64,000 nucleotides of DNA from Xylographa opegraphella (taxonomy: Eukaryota), in NCBI GenBank assembly GCA_022813865.1, contig JALDZX010000044.1, forward strand, positions 62,001-126,000, given 5' to 3'. The translations under genes were made by a program, and so were the position numbers. Shown piece after piece: positions 36,701-48,769 of this stretch (the stretch's first letter is position 1; each line of letters opens with the position of its first letter). Under the pieces are notes generated by a model. It ran no database searches, had not been told where the DNA came from, and saw nothing but the letters and a program-made list of their open reading frames with translations.

Positions 36701-39700
36701 TCCGTTTCAAAAACCTTCTCAAGTTGCTGTCTGTTTCTTCGATTGTGATTGGCAAAATTGGGACGCACCGTAATACCAGATTGGCCTTTAAAGCTAGCCA
36801 ATGCTGTGCTACTGGCTCAATCTTTTTCTTCGCCGTCGCCGGTCCTCTGGAGCTAGTTCGGGTCTTGATGCCTTATGTCAGGATTCTCTTGTCGTCTCCC
36901 CAGAGCCTCTCATCGCCCTATGCGTAAAATCGGACATGACAACCTGAAGGAGCATAACTACGGTAGCATCCACGTTTGCTGACAATTCGGACATCCATTA
37001 TTCTCCATAGAATGCTACATTACGACGACCGGTATGTATCCGTTGCTATCTCGAGCCGCCTTCCTTTGTGGGCTTCGCGATACCAATTTACCAGAGATCT
37101 GCTGGTTTAATGAGCAGCTCATTGTTGATGATTGTCATTGGCGTATATTACCTCGATACGTCGCGGCTGCGCATACTCCTCCGACGTCCTAGCGAGGAAG
37201 CGTAAGCGGCGCGTCTTTCTTCCAAGCGCTTGGCCCTCTGCCCTATCATGAACGTCTAGGGTCCAGGCTGAAAGATCCATCAGGATCGCTACCAAAAAAG
37301 GCCAATCGACTCGTATTCACTACGACGCTGGGATCGGAACCGCTGATCCCAGATATCACTAGACTCGGCTTCGAAATGAGAGCTGTAGCATATGCTAATG
37401 ATGACTGCCAATCATCACAACCGGAAGTTGGCTAGTCTTGTCTCTGCCACAACCGGCATTAATCTCCCAAACTCCACCAATCTGAATGATATGCCTTGTG
37501 GACTCGAAGGATCCTTGTGGGCAATGCGGGTCGTTTCATAGATTGTGGCTTGGATGGATTCCGCTTCGACCCTATCGTCAATAGGAGGATTACGGTGGCC
37601 AAATTGTATAAAGGGAGCGAAGTGCTCCATATTTCTCGTTACTTCTCTCATCACACATCTACCATACATCACGTATAATATCTACTGCAACCAGACAAAA
37701 ATATATTCAACTCCTATAAGTCATGTCTAACTTCGACTCATTGTGTGCTGGGAACAAGGACTTCAACTACCAATGCTGTATGATATCTCCAGATGTAAGT
37801 TGTGAGAATAGGGGATTTTCACCCTCTTCGACTTAAAGACGATTCTGCTTCTTTGGTTCTGTTTACCAGACCACTTATTCATTAGTCGTATTTTAACATC
37901 GTCCACAGGCTTCAGAGTCTACTGCTGTCGAGACTTACGGAAATGGAATTACTTCTCAACCTGGGGAGAACCCAGTAGGACCTTTGAACCACGAGTGCCT
38001 AGGATGGATGCCGCACCCTGAGACATGTGGCAGATGGGTGAGAGTCAGAGGAGAATGGTGCGCCCCATGTCGGGTATGTATAGTCCTTTGCCACATTTCT
38101 CGAATTTTGTCGATTCCTAATTTGCTGATTGTCTGTCATTATATAGGCGGCTGGATTTAACAGACTGGGAGATGTGCCCGATTTGAAGAGCTCTCTCATG
38201 GACGAGGATGCCGACCCATCGTACTAGAGGGCTCCTACTATTCGAGTGTAGCTCTGAGTGGTGTACTGGTGATTGGTCTGCAGAGGGTGCTCTCCAGACT
38301 TATCGTTGGATCTCTTGGGCCAGAAGTAGACCTCATCATGCTTGAGATTCTAAGTCGGAGGACATTCGTCAGGTGAATTTCTGTTAGTGTTCACACATGG
38401 AAGCATTTCGTTCTTGATTTTGGTCTGTCCAAATGCAGCTTACACTCACTTATCTTACTGCTTTGCCGCGAGAAATTACAAAGGGGAGGCTTGGTTGCAG
38501 CGGCACTTGGTGTGGCAATCTTCGTTCGTTATCCGCAGCAATAGAACAACCACTATCCACTATCAATCCTGAGTGCATTGAACTAGCTGGGCTGAATGCT
38601 TGATACCATGTTGTAGACCTGTGGTCTCATGAAGTCGGACTTTCGGTCGTTCGCCTAACTTAGCGCCACACTAGAGCGCGGCTAATCCTTGAACACCCTA
38701 TCGGGCAAAAACCATCACAACCACTCACGCTCTTCAAAGCTGTTTTTTTCACCTTTGTCCATCATTGTGGCATATGCAGCTTACGTGGAAGCTATCACAC
38801 TCAGCCCAACCCAGCCGCAAGTTAGCCCAGCAGTCCAAGCCGAGCGGCGTCCCGCGCTTCTCCATTAGTACCGTCTTCGGAAGCGACGATTGCAACTCCT
38901 TTCCAGGTCTGATGTATGCATGTGCTCTTTGATCTGTCCAGCCGCACACTACGGTCCGGACTGTGCCGTTAAGTAAGGCTTTGATGCAGCCCTATGCTAA
39001 AGACGCGCTGTTGCATGCAGATATGCGCCGCTTCTACGTAACGGGTTCCGCAAGCGGCGGCAGTGAAGCCATTTTCGATGTCCATCGACTGGCAGATGAC
39101 TCTTTATGACAGGCTTCAATGTGCGTTAGTTCAGTTTAACAATTCCATCTGGTAGCGGATTGTTATGATTCGTTGGTCTTTCTCCTACACGAGACCTTGA
39201 CATCAGACAGATCAGCCGCGCGTGTTGTGCGGAAGCAACGGCGTGACAGGTCATTTCCAAGCTTCACTCTGTCTGGATAGAGCATTGATCTTCTTGTATG
39301 TTATGCTGGAGGGCTGCTCTGGCCGTTCTATGGTGAATGCCCTTCAAAGTGATTGTCTTCGGTTTCTTCTTCCCATTCTGGTCTGTAGTGCGCAATTCAA
39401 ATGGCCTGTATATCAGAACCTTGTTCACTAAATCCAATCGGCTTATTGGTGGCTTGTCGGTTGGTTTCGACCTTGGAGTCGTAAATGTGCCTCGTTCAGC
39501 TATTGATTTCTACTAGTATTCATTGCTGACATGTTCGGGTTATCCGGCGAGTCTAAAGTGTGATAATTTTGAACACCAGGTGGCAGGATCTGCGCTCTTC
39601 GTGTTCTAGCCAAAAAGATCTACCATTTTACATGCACCTGTCGTTTGACAGCCGTCAGACATGCAGCCCTAGCTTTGGAGGATTCTGTGCAACTTCGCGG

Positions 39701-41966
39701 AAGCCAACCCGCATTTGAAGGTGCAGCTTGGCTGCTCATGCATTTCTGTAAGCTACGACCCTGATTTGGCAGTCCTGCCACCGTTTCCTGACGCAGGCGC
39801 TCCCCGTGCGTGCATACAGCGAGCTCCAGGTACATGCATATACCGTCATGTGACTCTAGTACAACAATTTCTTCCCGCCTGTCCAACGATCTAACTCCAT
39901 AAGGTATCACTGTTATGCTGAAGCTGAAAAGACCATGCCAGATCGGAATATGCTCGCATCTTATTTCCTCTTCCGTGTATACTATGTGCTCCAATATCTT
40001 CCTTCGATGACCTGATGGAAGAAGAGATTTCACGCGCATACCGGGCTATGGCTTCGGGATAAATTGTTCACTTTTGATTCGGCTACTCCACGTCTGATTG
40101 TGAGCGGAGTCATAGCAAAAGCTGCTATCATCGACGCTACGGTTCGCCCCTTTGTAATTGGACCGATCACTTCAGAAAGCATGACCGGCTGCTGTTGGAG
40201 GCGCAGATACCGGATCACCATTGAGTGGATCAATCGCAAGTCACTCGCTACTACTGATGCGAACCTACACACGCGATCGCGGCAATGGCTTCTTATGATC
40301 ATGGAAGGTTCAAGCTGGAGGTATAACAAAACACTCTGAAGCAAATCTAGTATACACAAGATCCGTTCACAACCACCAGCCAGCCTCAGGGTTCATTATC
40401 TAGGCTGTACAAGGGACATTTTCTTGCCTCTATTTCACTTTACCCGTCGAGGTGAGCAGGACGCGTGGATCTTTCATAGCCCCCACAAGCTGCTTTCGCG
40501 ATACCTCATCCCGGTAATCATTTCAATTGGGCTCTGCGATCGCCCCAAGCGCAACGATAGTCGGAAAGCGTCCCGACTGGTCAGACACAAGCGACCTCGC
40601 GGTTCGCAGGCTCCACATCTATGGCAAGCGATTCTCCCACGAAAGATGCGTGAATTGGGCATTCTGGGTCGCGGGATCTTGCAGCATTTCAACATCACGG
40701 ACCCCCTCGGTCCCATCGCAAGACAAGGACTGCATAATAATTGTATTGAGACCGTCGACTCGGTGAACTCATATTTTTGATCGAGTATCATATGCTTTAC
40801 TTTGTTGCATTGTTTGATTAGGCTTGTTAAATGATCTGCACAAAGTGTTCGTGTTTCTAGGGTCATAGGATAAGAGGCGGCCTGAAAGTAACTTACGTGA
40901 GGGAAGACCTGCCATGTGCCGAATATTGACCTTTGAGCAATGAAAAGAGCCCTCCGTCAAATATCTTGACGATCTCCAGCCGCTGTTGGCCTTTACAGAT
41001 GAGATCAGAATTCATGGAAACCATGTTCGCTTCTGGCCCTGATCCCATAGCAATAGCTATGAAATCCATGGTGCATCCAGTATCACTGGGCTTGGCCACG
41101 TATCTTCTCGCCGCTTCCTTCATCAAGGCTCCGCATCCTTTCATAATGCTAACAAACGCTATCTCCAGGACCAACCTCCATCTATCTAATACATTCCCCT
41201 TCATAATGGCAGGGCCACCATATGCTACACAAACTCCACAAAGCGGTTTTCTCATTGAGCAGCATTATTCACTTACAGGTAAGTAATACAGTCAAGAACT
41301 TCAAGTATTCCACTCAACACCTTTTCACAATGAAAATGAAAACAAGGCGAACCGCTAGCAACCCCATTTCTACGGTCCTCCAAAGGCTCGTTCCTAGCAA
41401 CCACACCTCCCCTTCAGCCCCAACTCCCATATACCCCCAAACCCAAATACAACCCATCCTCAAGTCCCACCAGCTCGCTCCTAACGCTCCGCATCTTTCC
41501 CTTCTTACGTCCACACAGAGCAAACTCCACCCACCCAAACATCTACGAGCGCCATCTCCACCGGCAACAGGCGTGCCATCAGCGCCCGAAAGCCTCCTCC
41601 GCTATAAGCGGTGAGCAGACCACAACAGCGAAGCAGCTACTCAAACGAACCCCTCAAACACCTACTCCTCACGGCAAAGGCTGCGCAGCCGTCACTGCCT
41701 ACCACTGAAACATGGGGACCGCAGGAAGCCAAGCACGCTTCTGCGAGTGGGTGGAAGATACACGTTGATAGATAGTCAGCCTGCTTAGAACCAAGGTGTT
41801 GCGGACCCGAGTCTCGATACGGCTATGCCCGGGTTTTCCAAAATCTACTGAATTCTTCTGCCTGCTCGTTCGCCGCTGTTGCACAAGCTGGGATGCGTAG
41901 CTGTAGCCGTGGTCGTTCGAACTGTACGTTCGGCTGCTTGCGATGCGGAGGTCTTGCGGCTACTTG

Positions 41967-42086
41967 AGTAGTCGAGTGTGTAGCAAGTTGATGGCAAGTA
42001 GTCGAATGTGTAGCAAGTTGATGGCAAATAGTCGAGTGTGTAGCAAGTTGATGGCAAGTAGTCGAGTGTGTAGCAAGTTGATAGCA
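41967..42086 (+). repeat. Minisatellite, 4 x 30 bp
   Basis: Unit AGTAGTCGAGTGTGTAGCAAGTTGATGGCA, four near-identical head-to-tail copies. Confidence 0.95.
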
Positions 42087-42261
42087 GGCGCAGGGAACGG
42101 GAGGTGTGAACTAGGCAGTGGGCGGTACGATTTTGGGTGTTTTATCTTGCTACAGCGTATATACAGTCATTGTACTCCTACCCATCCAACCCAACACTCG
42201 AACCTCAGCTATCGAAGATACCTTCTCCCACCCTTCAAACCCCCACCCTCGACAAACCCAC

Positions 42262-43679
42262 CTACAAACTCGCCCGAAAGCTCGTCGTCGTCCCGGGAAA
42301 CCGTCCCCGCAAATATGTCCGCCACGCCTCCTCCGCTTCCTGGTACGCATCGTAGCCATACAACCAGGGCTGGAAGACCGGGTCGGAGAAGCGGTTCGGG
42401 AAGCCCTCGAAGGGCTCCTCCTCGCGAAACTGGCGGTCGCGCTCCTGCTGCACGTCGCCGTCGCGGCAGTGGTAGATGTCGCGCGCGTGTGTGCTGCCGG
42501 TCACGACCTTGGTGGTGCGCTGCTTGCGAATACGCTCGTAGATCAGCAGCAGGTCTTTGAGCTGTGAGGGGTGCGCGATCTGCTCGAAGAGGGCGCCGAG
42601 CACGGCACCGTCTTCGACGGCCATGGCGGCACCTTGGGCCCTGGGGTTAGGGATCAGTGCTATGGAATGAAGGTTGAGTGGGGGAGGATCTTACAAGTAT
42701 GGGAGGGTTGCATGGCAGGCGTCGCCCATAAGGGCGAATTTGCCGCTGGGGTGGCTCCATCTGTACATCTCGTGGCTGTTCTGTAGTCTCCACTTACTCG
42801 TTTCCTGAACCATCCCTAGGATGATCTTGAGTTGCGGGTCCCAGTTTTCGAAGAAGTCGCGCATTTCTTGTAGATCAGCCTTGGCCGTGTTCACAAGCTC
42901 GGGCAGATTGTCTGGGCATGCGAGCACGATATTATACAAGCCGCCGCCCTTCAGTAAATAAGATACCACGTGTGAGTCAGGACCCATCCAGATGTTGATC
43001 GCTGGGTTGTCTGCTAACGCGACAAGGTCTTTGTGCTTGCGCATATCCTCTGCCTTGACGGTGATACGGTATGCCAAGTCTCCTGTCAGGTGTGGAGGAT
43101 CTTTCCTGCCCAGCATCTCTTCCCGACATATCGACTTCAGCCCGTCCGCTCCAATGATGATATCTGCTTCGAGGCTAGACTTGTCACGGATATGTACTCT
43201 TGGCACTGCAAAATCGATTTTCGTTACAGTCGAACCCAATTGAATTTGCACGCCTTCTCTTCTCGCAGCTTCAACAAGAACGGCATGGAAATCCGCCCGG
43301 TGTATAACAAGATACGGAGCCCCGTACTTTTCGTTGCAGTAAGGGAAAAGCGGTTGAGCCTGGAGAACCTGTCCATCCCGATAAGAGCGGACTTTGATGT
43401 CGTGAGGAGCTGTCGAATGAGACTCGATAGCTGCGAGGACCCCCCATCTTCTCAGTATGCGGGACGAATTTGGAGGTATCTGGACTCCGGCACCGATCTG
43501 CAATCGGCCTGCTTAGCCATCGAATAGAAACCTTACTTCCAGTCCCGACGAACTTCACCTAATTGACCTGCTTGCTCGAGAATTGTGACTCGATGGCCCG
43601 CACGCCTGATCCCGATTGACGCTGCGAGCCCTCCAAGACCAGCGCCCACAATTACAACATGAAACTTCGGCTTCGACAT
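42262..43679 (-). CDS. FAD-dependent monooxygenase (salicylate hydroxylase-like, group A flavoprotein aromatic hydroxylase)
   Basis: Exons 43679-43554, 43497-42695, 42640-42262. Motifs VIVGAGLGGL, IGAGVQI, IIGADG, MGDACHATLPYLAQGAAMAVEDG. Confidence 0.93.
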
Positions 43680-45388
43680 TGTGGAAACTCTGCCGGTCAG
43701 CCGGATAAAAAGTGCAGAAAGCTCAGCTTTGACAATCGTCGTTAAATGGGATTTCCGGAACAAGCTCTCCTATATGAGAGCGCTATTGTTGGATGTAGTA
43801 GATGACCGGCTCCGTAACAAACACCAGTGCCGTCCATGGTCTTGGTAGACAGCCATGAAAGCAAGGTTCATGCCAGCGTCGGTCCTCTGGGAGGAGACGG
43901 TGTTCGTCAAGGGTGTTCTCCACAGCAAGCGGAACAAGCGCAAAAGCCATATCGAAGATTCGGCTTTCAAATCCATCGGCCCGATGTTCTCTGTTGCTCG
44001 AAAGCAACGACAACTCGGAACGAATTGCGAGCGGACTGTCACAAGGATGAATAATCGAGTGAACGGCTGATGTGTTCGGCTGGTATTTGAGCTGTAAATG
44101 GCACATGGATATTCCACCTTTACTTATATAGGATAAACGCGACGGACAAAAACGCCTCTTCTAACTTAATGTGGTTAGCCAAAGCAGACTGACCAATGTT
44201 CTGACTATTCCTAGATACAATATCCATACCTGACATCGTACTTACCATTGTTCTCGACACCTATTCATAGGTTGGGTGAATGGAGTCTAGTTTTCAAGTT
44301 CGCGGTACGCCTTTCTAAGAGATCACTTTGTGAAAGCAACGAAACTCGGACAGCAACGGGATTTCCGAATCAAAAAGCTCAAATAAACTTGAGTTGAAAT
44401 TGAGTGTATGGGGAACATGGCAAAGCAAGCAAATAATATGGTTTGAGAAATAAAACCGCCATAGCGAGTGCACTTACGACCAAGATTCATCAGAGCTGTT
44501 GAATTTGAATTCTAAACCAGTAGCGAACGAAAGGAAGAGACCACTAATCAGACGTATACTTGACGAGCGAAGAGACTTCACTTGCACGACTACTTGACAT
44601 GCTTTGGGCTTGCTCTGTGGTTGACTCTTAAGGCGAACACAAATCACCTGAGTGACTGCGAATATGATGGTTGAAGTCTATGTTTATTAGATTAATATGA
44701 AATGAGTTTGCGCCAGACGACGGAAGGCTCGTATTAACAGATCAAAGACTTCCATGTCATGTTTCAATGGAGAAATTTCTTTAGACATGGGCAATGTTTT
44801 CCCGTTTTTATACGTGCTATCTTTATGGGCCCCTATGCCGCAATCGATCAAGACAGGGGAGTATAGTTTTGTAAAGCCCTCCTATTCCATTATTCTTAAT
44901 ATTCTTTTTACGAGCAAGTCGAAGGTCGCCGTTGTCAAGCTTCATCTTTTCTGAATAAATTGTTGTCTCTTCATGTGCTTGTCGCATCCAGAAAGAATGT
45001 TTCGATTTGCTGGCAGTTGAAACAGATGAAACCATTGCGTGCTCAACACCTGGGACAAAACGGAACAACTGGCTCGCATTGTCTGCGTGTTTGCAATATG
45101 ATGATCATCTTAGCACAGCGTCCGCAAGGTGTCACGTATCGGCGTTGCTGTTCATGTAATCATGTCAATACTGAGCCAAGTGCTTACACTTGTATTGCAT
45201 GACAGGTTGCTACGTATTTCATTCCAGAAAGCATGAAATCCCGTTTGCTTTAAATCCGTGAGAGTCAGGCGTTGAGATTCGAGATCAACAACAGATATGA
45301 AGCAAAATTCCTAATCGTAGCCCATTATCGGGGTTATGTGCTTCATCTCGCGATTCATTCTTTAAATCCAACCTGAAGATCAAAGTCT

Positions 45389-46306
45389 CTATCGTGACAA
45401 TGCATCGGAGATGGCCTGTTTGACCTTGTCGACTGGCAAGTCCTTCAACTCCCTTCCTGTCCAATATCTGTCTTGCTCCAGACCCTGCCAAATCATTGCT
45501 TGTGTCCCAGATATAATTCGCCATCCAGCTGCTTCGGCAATCCTTGATATTTCCGTGACCGGCCTCGGATGATAACACATTTCTAGTATCACTCCACGAG
45601 GACCCTTTTCAAGGACAACGTTCAATATGTTACGCACAGTATACTCCGCGGCTGTGTGTGGTGAGATATCGGGAATAGCGGAAACAATAATTGCTGGTGG
45701 GTTAAATCCGGCTGCTTGGGTTTTGTCCTCAATATGGATTAGATCTTCACCAAATCCGCCTTCCCAGCAACCTGCCATTACTGTCTCAACCTCTTGCTTA
45801 TCGCGATTGACTATATAGACAGGTGAGCAGCCTATGAACTTCTTCAGAGCATATATAGCAGCTCTGCATGTCCCACCACCACCGATTACCACAGCCGGCC
45901 TTCCCTTGATATACTGCAATGCCGTAGGCGTAGTGTTCTGTGTAATAGCCTCCCGAATTCCTATACAATCCGTGTTTGTGCCGCATAATATCCGCTTACC
46001 ATTCTTCTTCCGTACGAAGATCGTATTTATGGCCCCAACGGCTTGCCCTTCTAGAGTCAATTCATCAAGATAGGGTATTATTGCGACCTTGTGGGGCATT
46101 GTAACAGAAGCGCCGAAGAATTTCGGGTCTTGGGTCAAGTGCATGAAAGCCTGCACATCTTTGGATTCCATGAGTATTTGAGACCACTGCAGCTTCAGAG
46201 CCTCGTAGAGGGTCTGATGTAGCAGGGGAGAAAGAGAATGAGCGATTGGATATCCAAAGAGGTAGTTTACACCATTCAGATGCGATGTATCAGGAACCGA
46301 GGCCAT
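45389..46306 (-). CDS. Quinate/shikimate 5-dehydrogenase (stand-alone, qa-3/qutB-like)
   Basis: ATG 46306. GYPIAHSLSP, GASVTMPHK, GAINT, NTDCIG, IGGGGTCRA, LEMCYHP, MIWQG are AroE-family motifs. Confidence 0.93.
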   Translation of the reverse strand: MASVPDTSHLNGVNYLFGYPIAHSLSPLLHQTLYEALKLQWSQILMESKDVQAFMHLTQDPKFFGASVTMPHKVAIIPYLDELTLEGQAVGAINTIFVRKKNGKRILCGTNTDCIGIREAITQNTTPTALQYIKGRPAVVIGGGGTCRAAIYALKKFIGCSPVYIVNRDKQEVETVMAGCWEGGFGEDLIHIEDKTQAAGFNPPAIIVSAIPDISPHTAAEYTVRNILNVVLEKGPRGVILEMCYHPRPVTEISRIAEAAGWRIISGTQAMIWQGLEQDRYWTGRELKDLPVDKVKQAISDALSR

Positions 46307-47720
46307 TCCTGCTGATACGAGTATATGAGGACAATCGATCAAGCAGTGAAAGAAACGTTCGGGATATGAATCGAGGAGCGCGATGGCATTCGAAAGTGAA
46401 GGCTCCTGATTAGCTATACGTCTCAATTTGAGAACTGCGTAGTTTTTAGATACAAGAATCAATGATGTGATCTCCAATGCACATCAACGCAGAGCCTCTT
46501 CATCACATCACATACCCCAGAGTCTCCTGAACTGGCAAACATAGTTAGGTACATCTGAAGCAAGTTTCGGGGTCTTGAAGTACTGTATTACACTAGATTA
46601 GTCCAGCCTTTACCAAATTTTTTTGTCTCAATGACTACGAACAAGGAATTATGAAGTTTGCGTGCCGGCAGGTGTCTCTGGTTCGAGGTTATCTTTATGG
46701 ATGGCGGCTTAAGGTTTTCATGATAAGATGGAGATATGTACAGTTCAGAGCTGGATTTGGTGAAGAGTATCTCCACTTCACTTAAAGCGAAATGATATTG
46801 TCTTCGCGTGGTAGCCGTCGCCAGAGCTGAATTAAAAGACAGGTGAACCCCGCCAGGAAAACGATCAGATTTTCCCTACCAGTATCAAAATCCCTAATAC
46901 TATGCCTTGCTCGATCCTGCATCGTCAACTCCGGGCTAGCATATCTCATGTCCCATTCATGCAGTGTCTGATCTATTTCATTCTCATTATGTGGAGATGC
47001 AACGTATGTTCCTCGCCATCAAACCACACTTTCCACTATCCGCGAAGGACCCAGTAAAGCTTGGTCTGCAGGCAAGAGCTCTTTCTGCGCCAGTCGTATA
47101 CCATTCCAACCATAGAGCTCGACCACGAAGGGAAGGTTGAAGCGGAGATATATCTGGCGGTTGTTGTGCTTTTGGTGAGGTTTTACGGGATAAATCTGTG
47201 TGAGAGGGGGAGAGCAGTGGGGTGGTGGCGGTTCAATATAAAGCAACAACGCAGAGTACAGAAAACAAATAGTGTCAGCTTACGTGTTACTAGAAAATGA
47301 TAGCTCTTTGCGAGCTGTGACTTGGGCTCCACAATCAGTGATAGCCTAAATGAATATTCGAGCGCCCGCAACGGAATTGATATTTGATGACCATGCACAG
47401 TAATCATGGATAGATAGAGACAGGATTCGGGCGGTTGCCAAACCAATGCAAACTGTGATCGAGAACATAGTCCCAACACTTAGACACAGCAGTAAGACAA
47501 CCCTGCAATGAGCGATGACGTGACACAGTTTGCCCTCCGGAAGACAGAACTCACACGGATATTGGTAAGAACACACTGTTTGAGCAATTGATTCAGGTTT
47601 TTGTTATGGTATCCCAATTTCCACAATTCTTCGAGCTCACTTGTACTGAAAAGCCATGGAGTATGCCTGTTCAGTATCATAATCACCTCGAACAAGTTGC
47701 AAAAGCCAATCACTTCCAGT

Positions 47721-48295
47721 TCAAGCCTCCTTTCCCTTTGCCTTTATCTCCCTTCCCTTCTTGATCCTCTCCAGTATGCTCTCCCGATCCTTGTCCAGCT
47801 TCAATTTAGTTATAACGCACTTGCTGGGATGGACGCCGATAGGTACCGATTGGCCATTTGACTTTTCACGAGAAACACGCTCTAGGTGGACAAGGTATTT
47901 GAGACGGTAGACAGATGTGACTTTGGCTTCACGGCCTTTGTTGGAGCCGCGGGTGATCATGACCTCGTCATCCTTACGGATGGGAATAGAACGGACCTGA
48001 GAGCGGTAAATGCGTGAGCAAACTGCAGTAGATCGCGGGAGCGAGAAAGGCCTAGTTGTGATTTCGTTTTGAGCACCACATAGGCTGATGAAACATACAT
48101 TGTATTTCTCTCGTAGTTCCTTGTTCAGTGGGGCACTCATAATCACTCGTCGAACACTGGATGGAGCGCTGAAGTGCGACTTGCGCGACTTCCTCCGGGA
48201 GGAGTGGAGAGCTGGGTAAACGTCAGTATCAGTAGCATAAAGATAGATGTCCACATAGAAGGATACGGGCATATACATGAATTGATCTTCGTCAT
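47721..48295 (-). CDS. RPL26: 60S ribosomal protein L26 (uL24)
   Basis: Exons 48295-48277, 48211-48099, 47996-47721 give [72 protein letters not shown]. Confidence 0.97.
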
Positions 48296-48769
48296 GACGG
48301 CGATGAAATTGCTTTCAAATTCTTGGAGGTTGAAATCGTGATATTGAATATCAGTTTGTGTGGATTTCGGGCCGAAAAATCTCCGGAACTAGGACTAGTG
48401 TACTCTACATGACTGCGGGTACGCAATTATAGAGATATGATTGGCTCAGATTTTCTGTGTGGTCACGTCCGATGATTGCGATGCTGTGACTGCGCGCGCC
48501 TTCACAATACCTACCTTACGATCTTCAAGAACGTACAACACAGATATCCTGAGACTATCAGGTCAACTGGCCAACCTCATTATAGCCTCATTACTCTCCT
48601 CCGATCTTCTCACTATTGTGCAACCCGTCATTTATCAAGAGACCTAGTCGGACATGGCTCTTAGAGCACGACCACCTCACGTTATCTAATGAATTTGGTA
48701 GACTTTTGGTGAGACTATGAGCAGATATCGGGTACTACTAACAGAACGACGTCGATCCTGTCAGGGACC

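Noticed and set aside
41967..42086. CRISPR-like array
   Set aside because: The repeats are head-to-tail with no unique spacers, the context is eukaryotic, and there are no cas genes.
43700..44150. QA-1F/QutA-type activator sites upstream of the monooxygenase
   Set aside because: Only GGATAA half-sites are present, not the full palindromic consensus.
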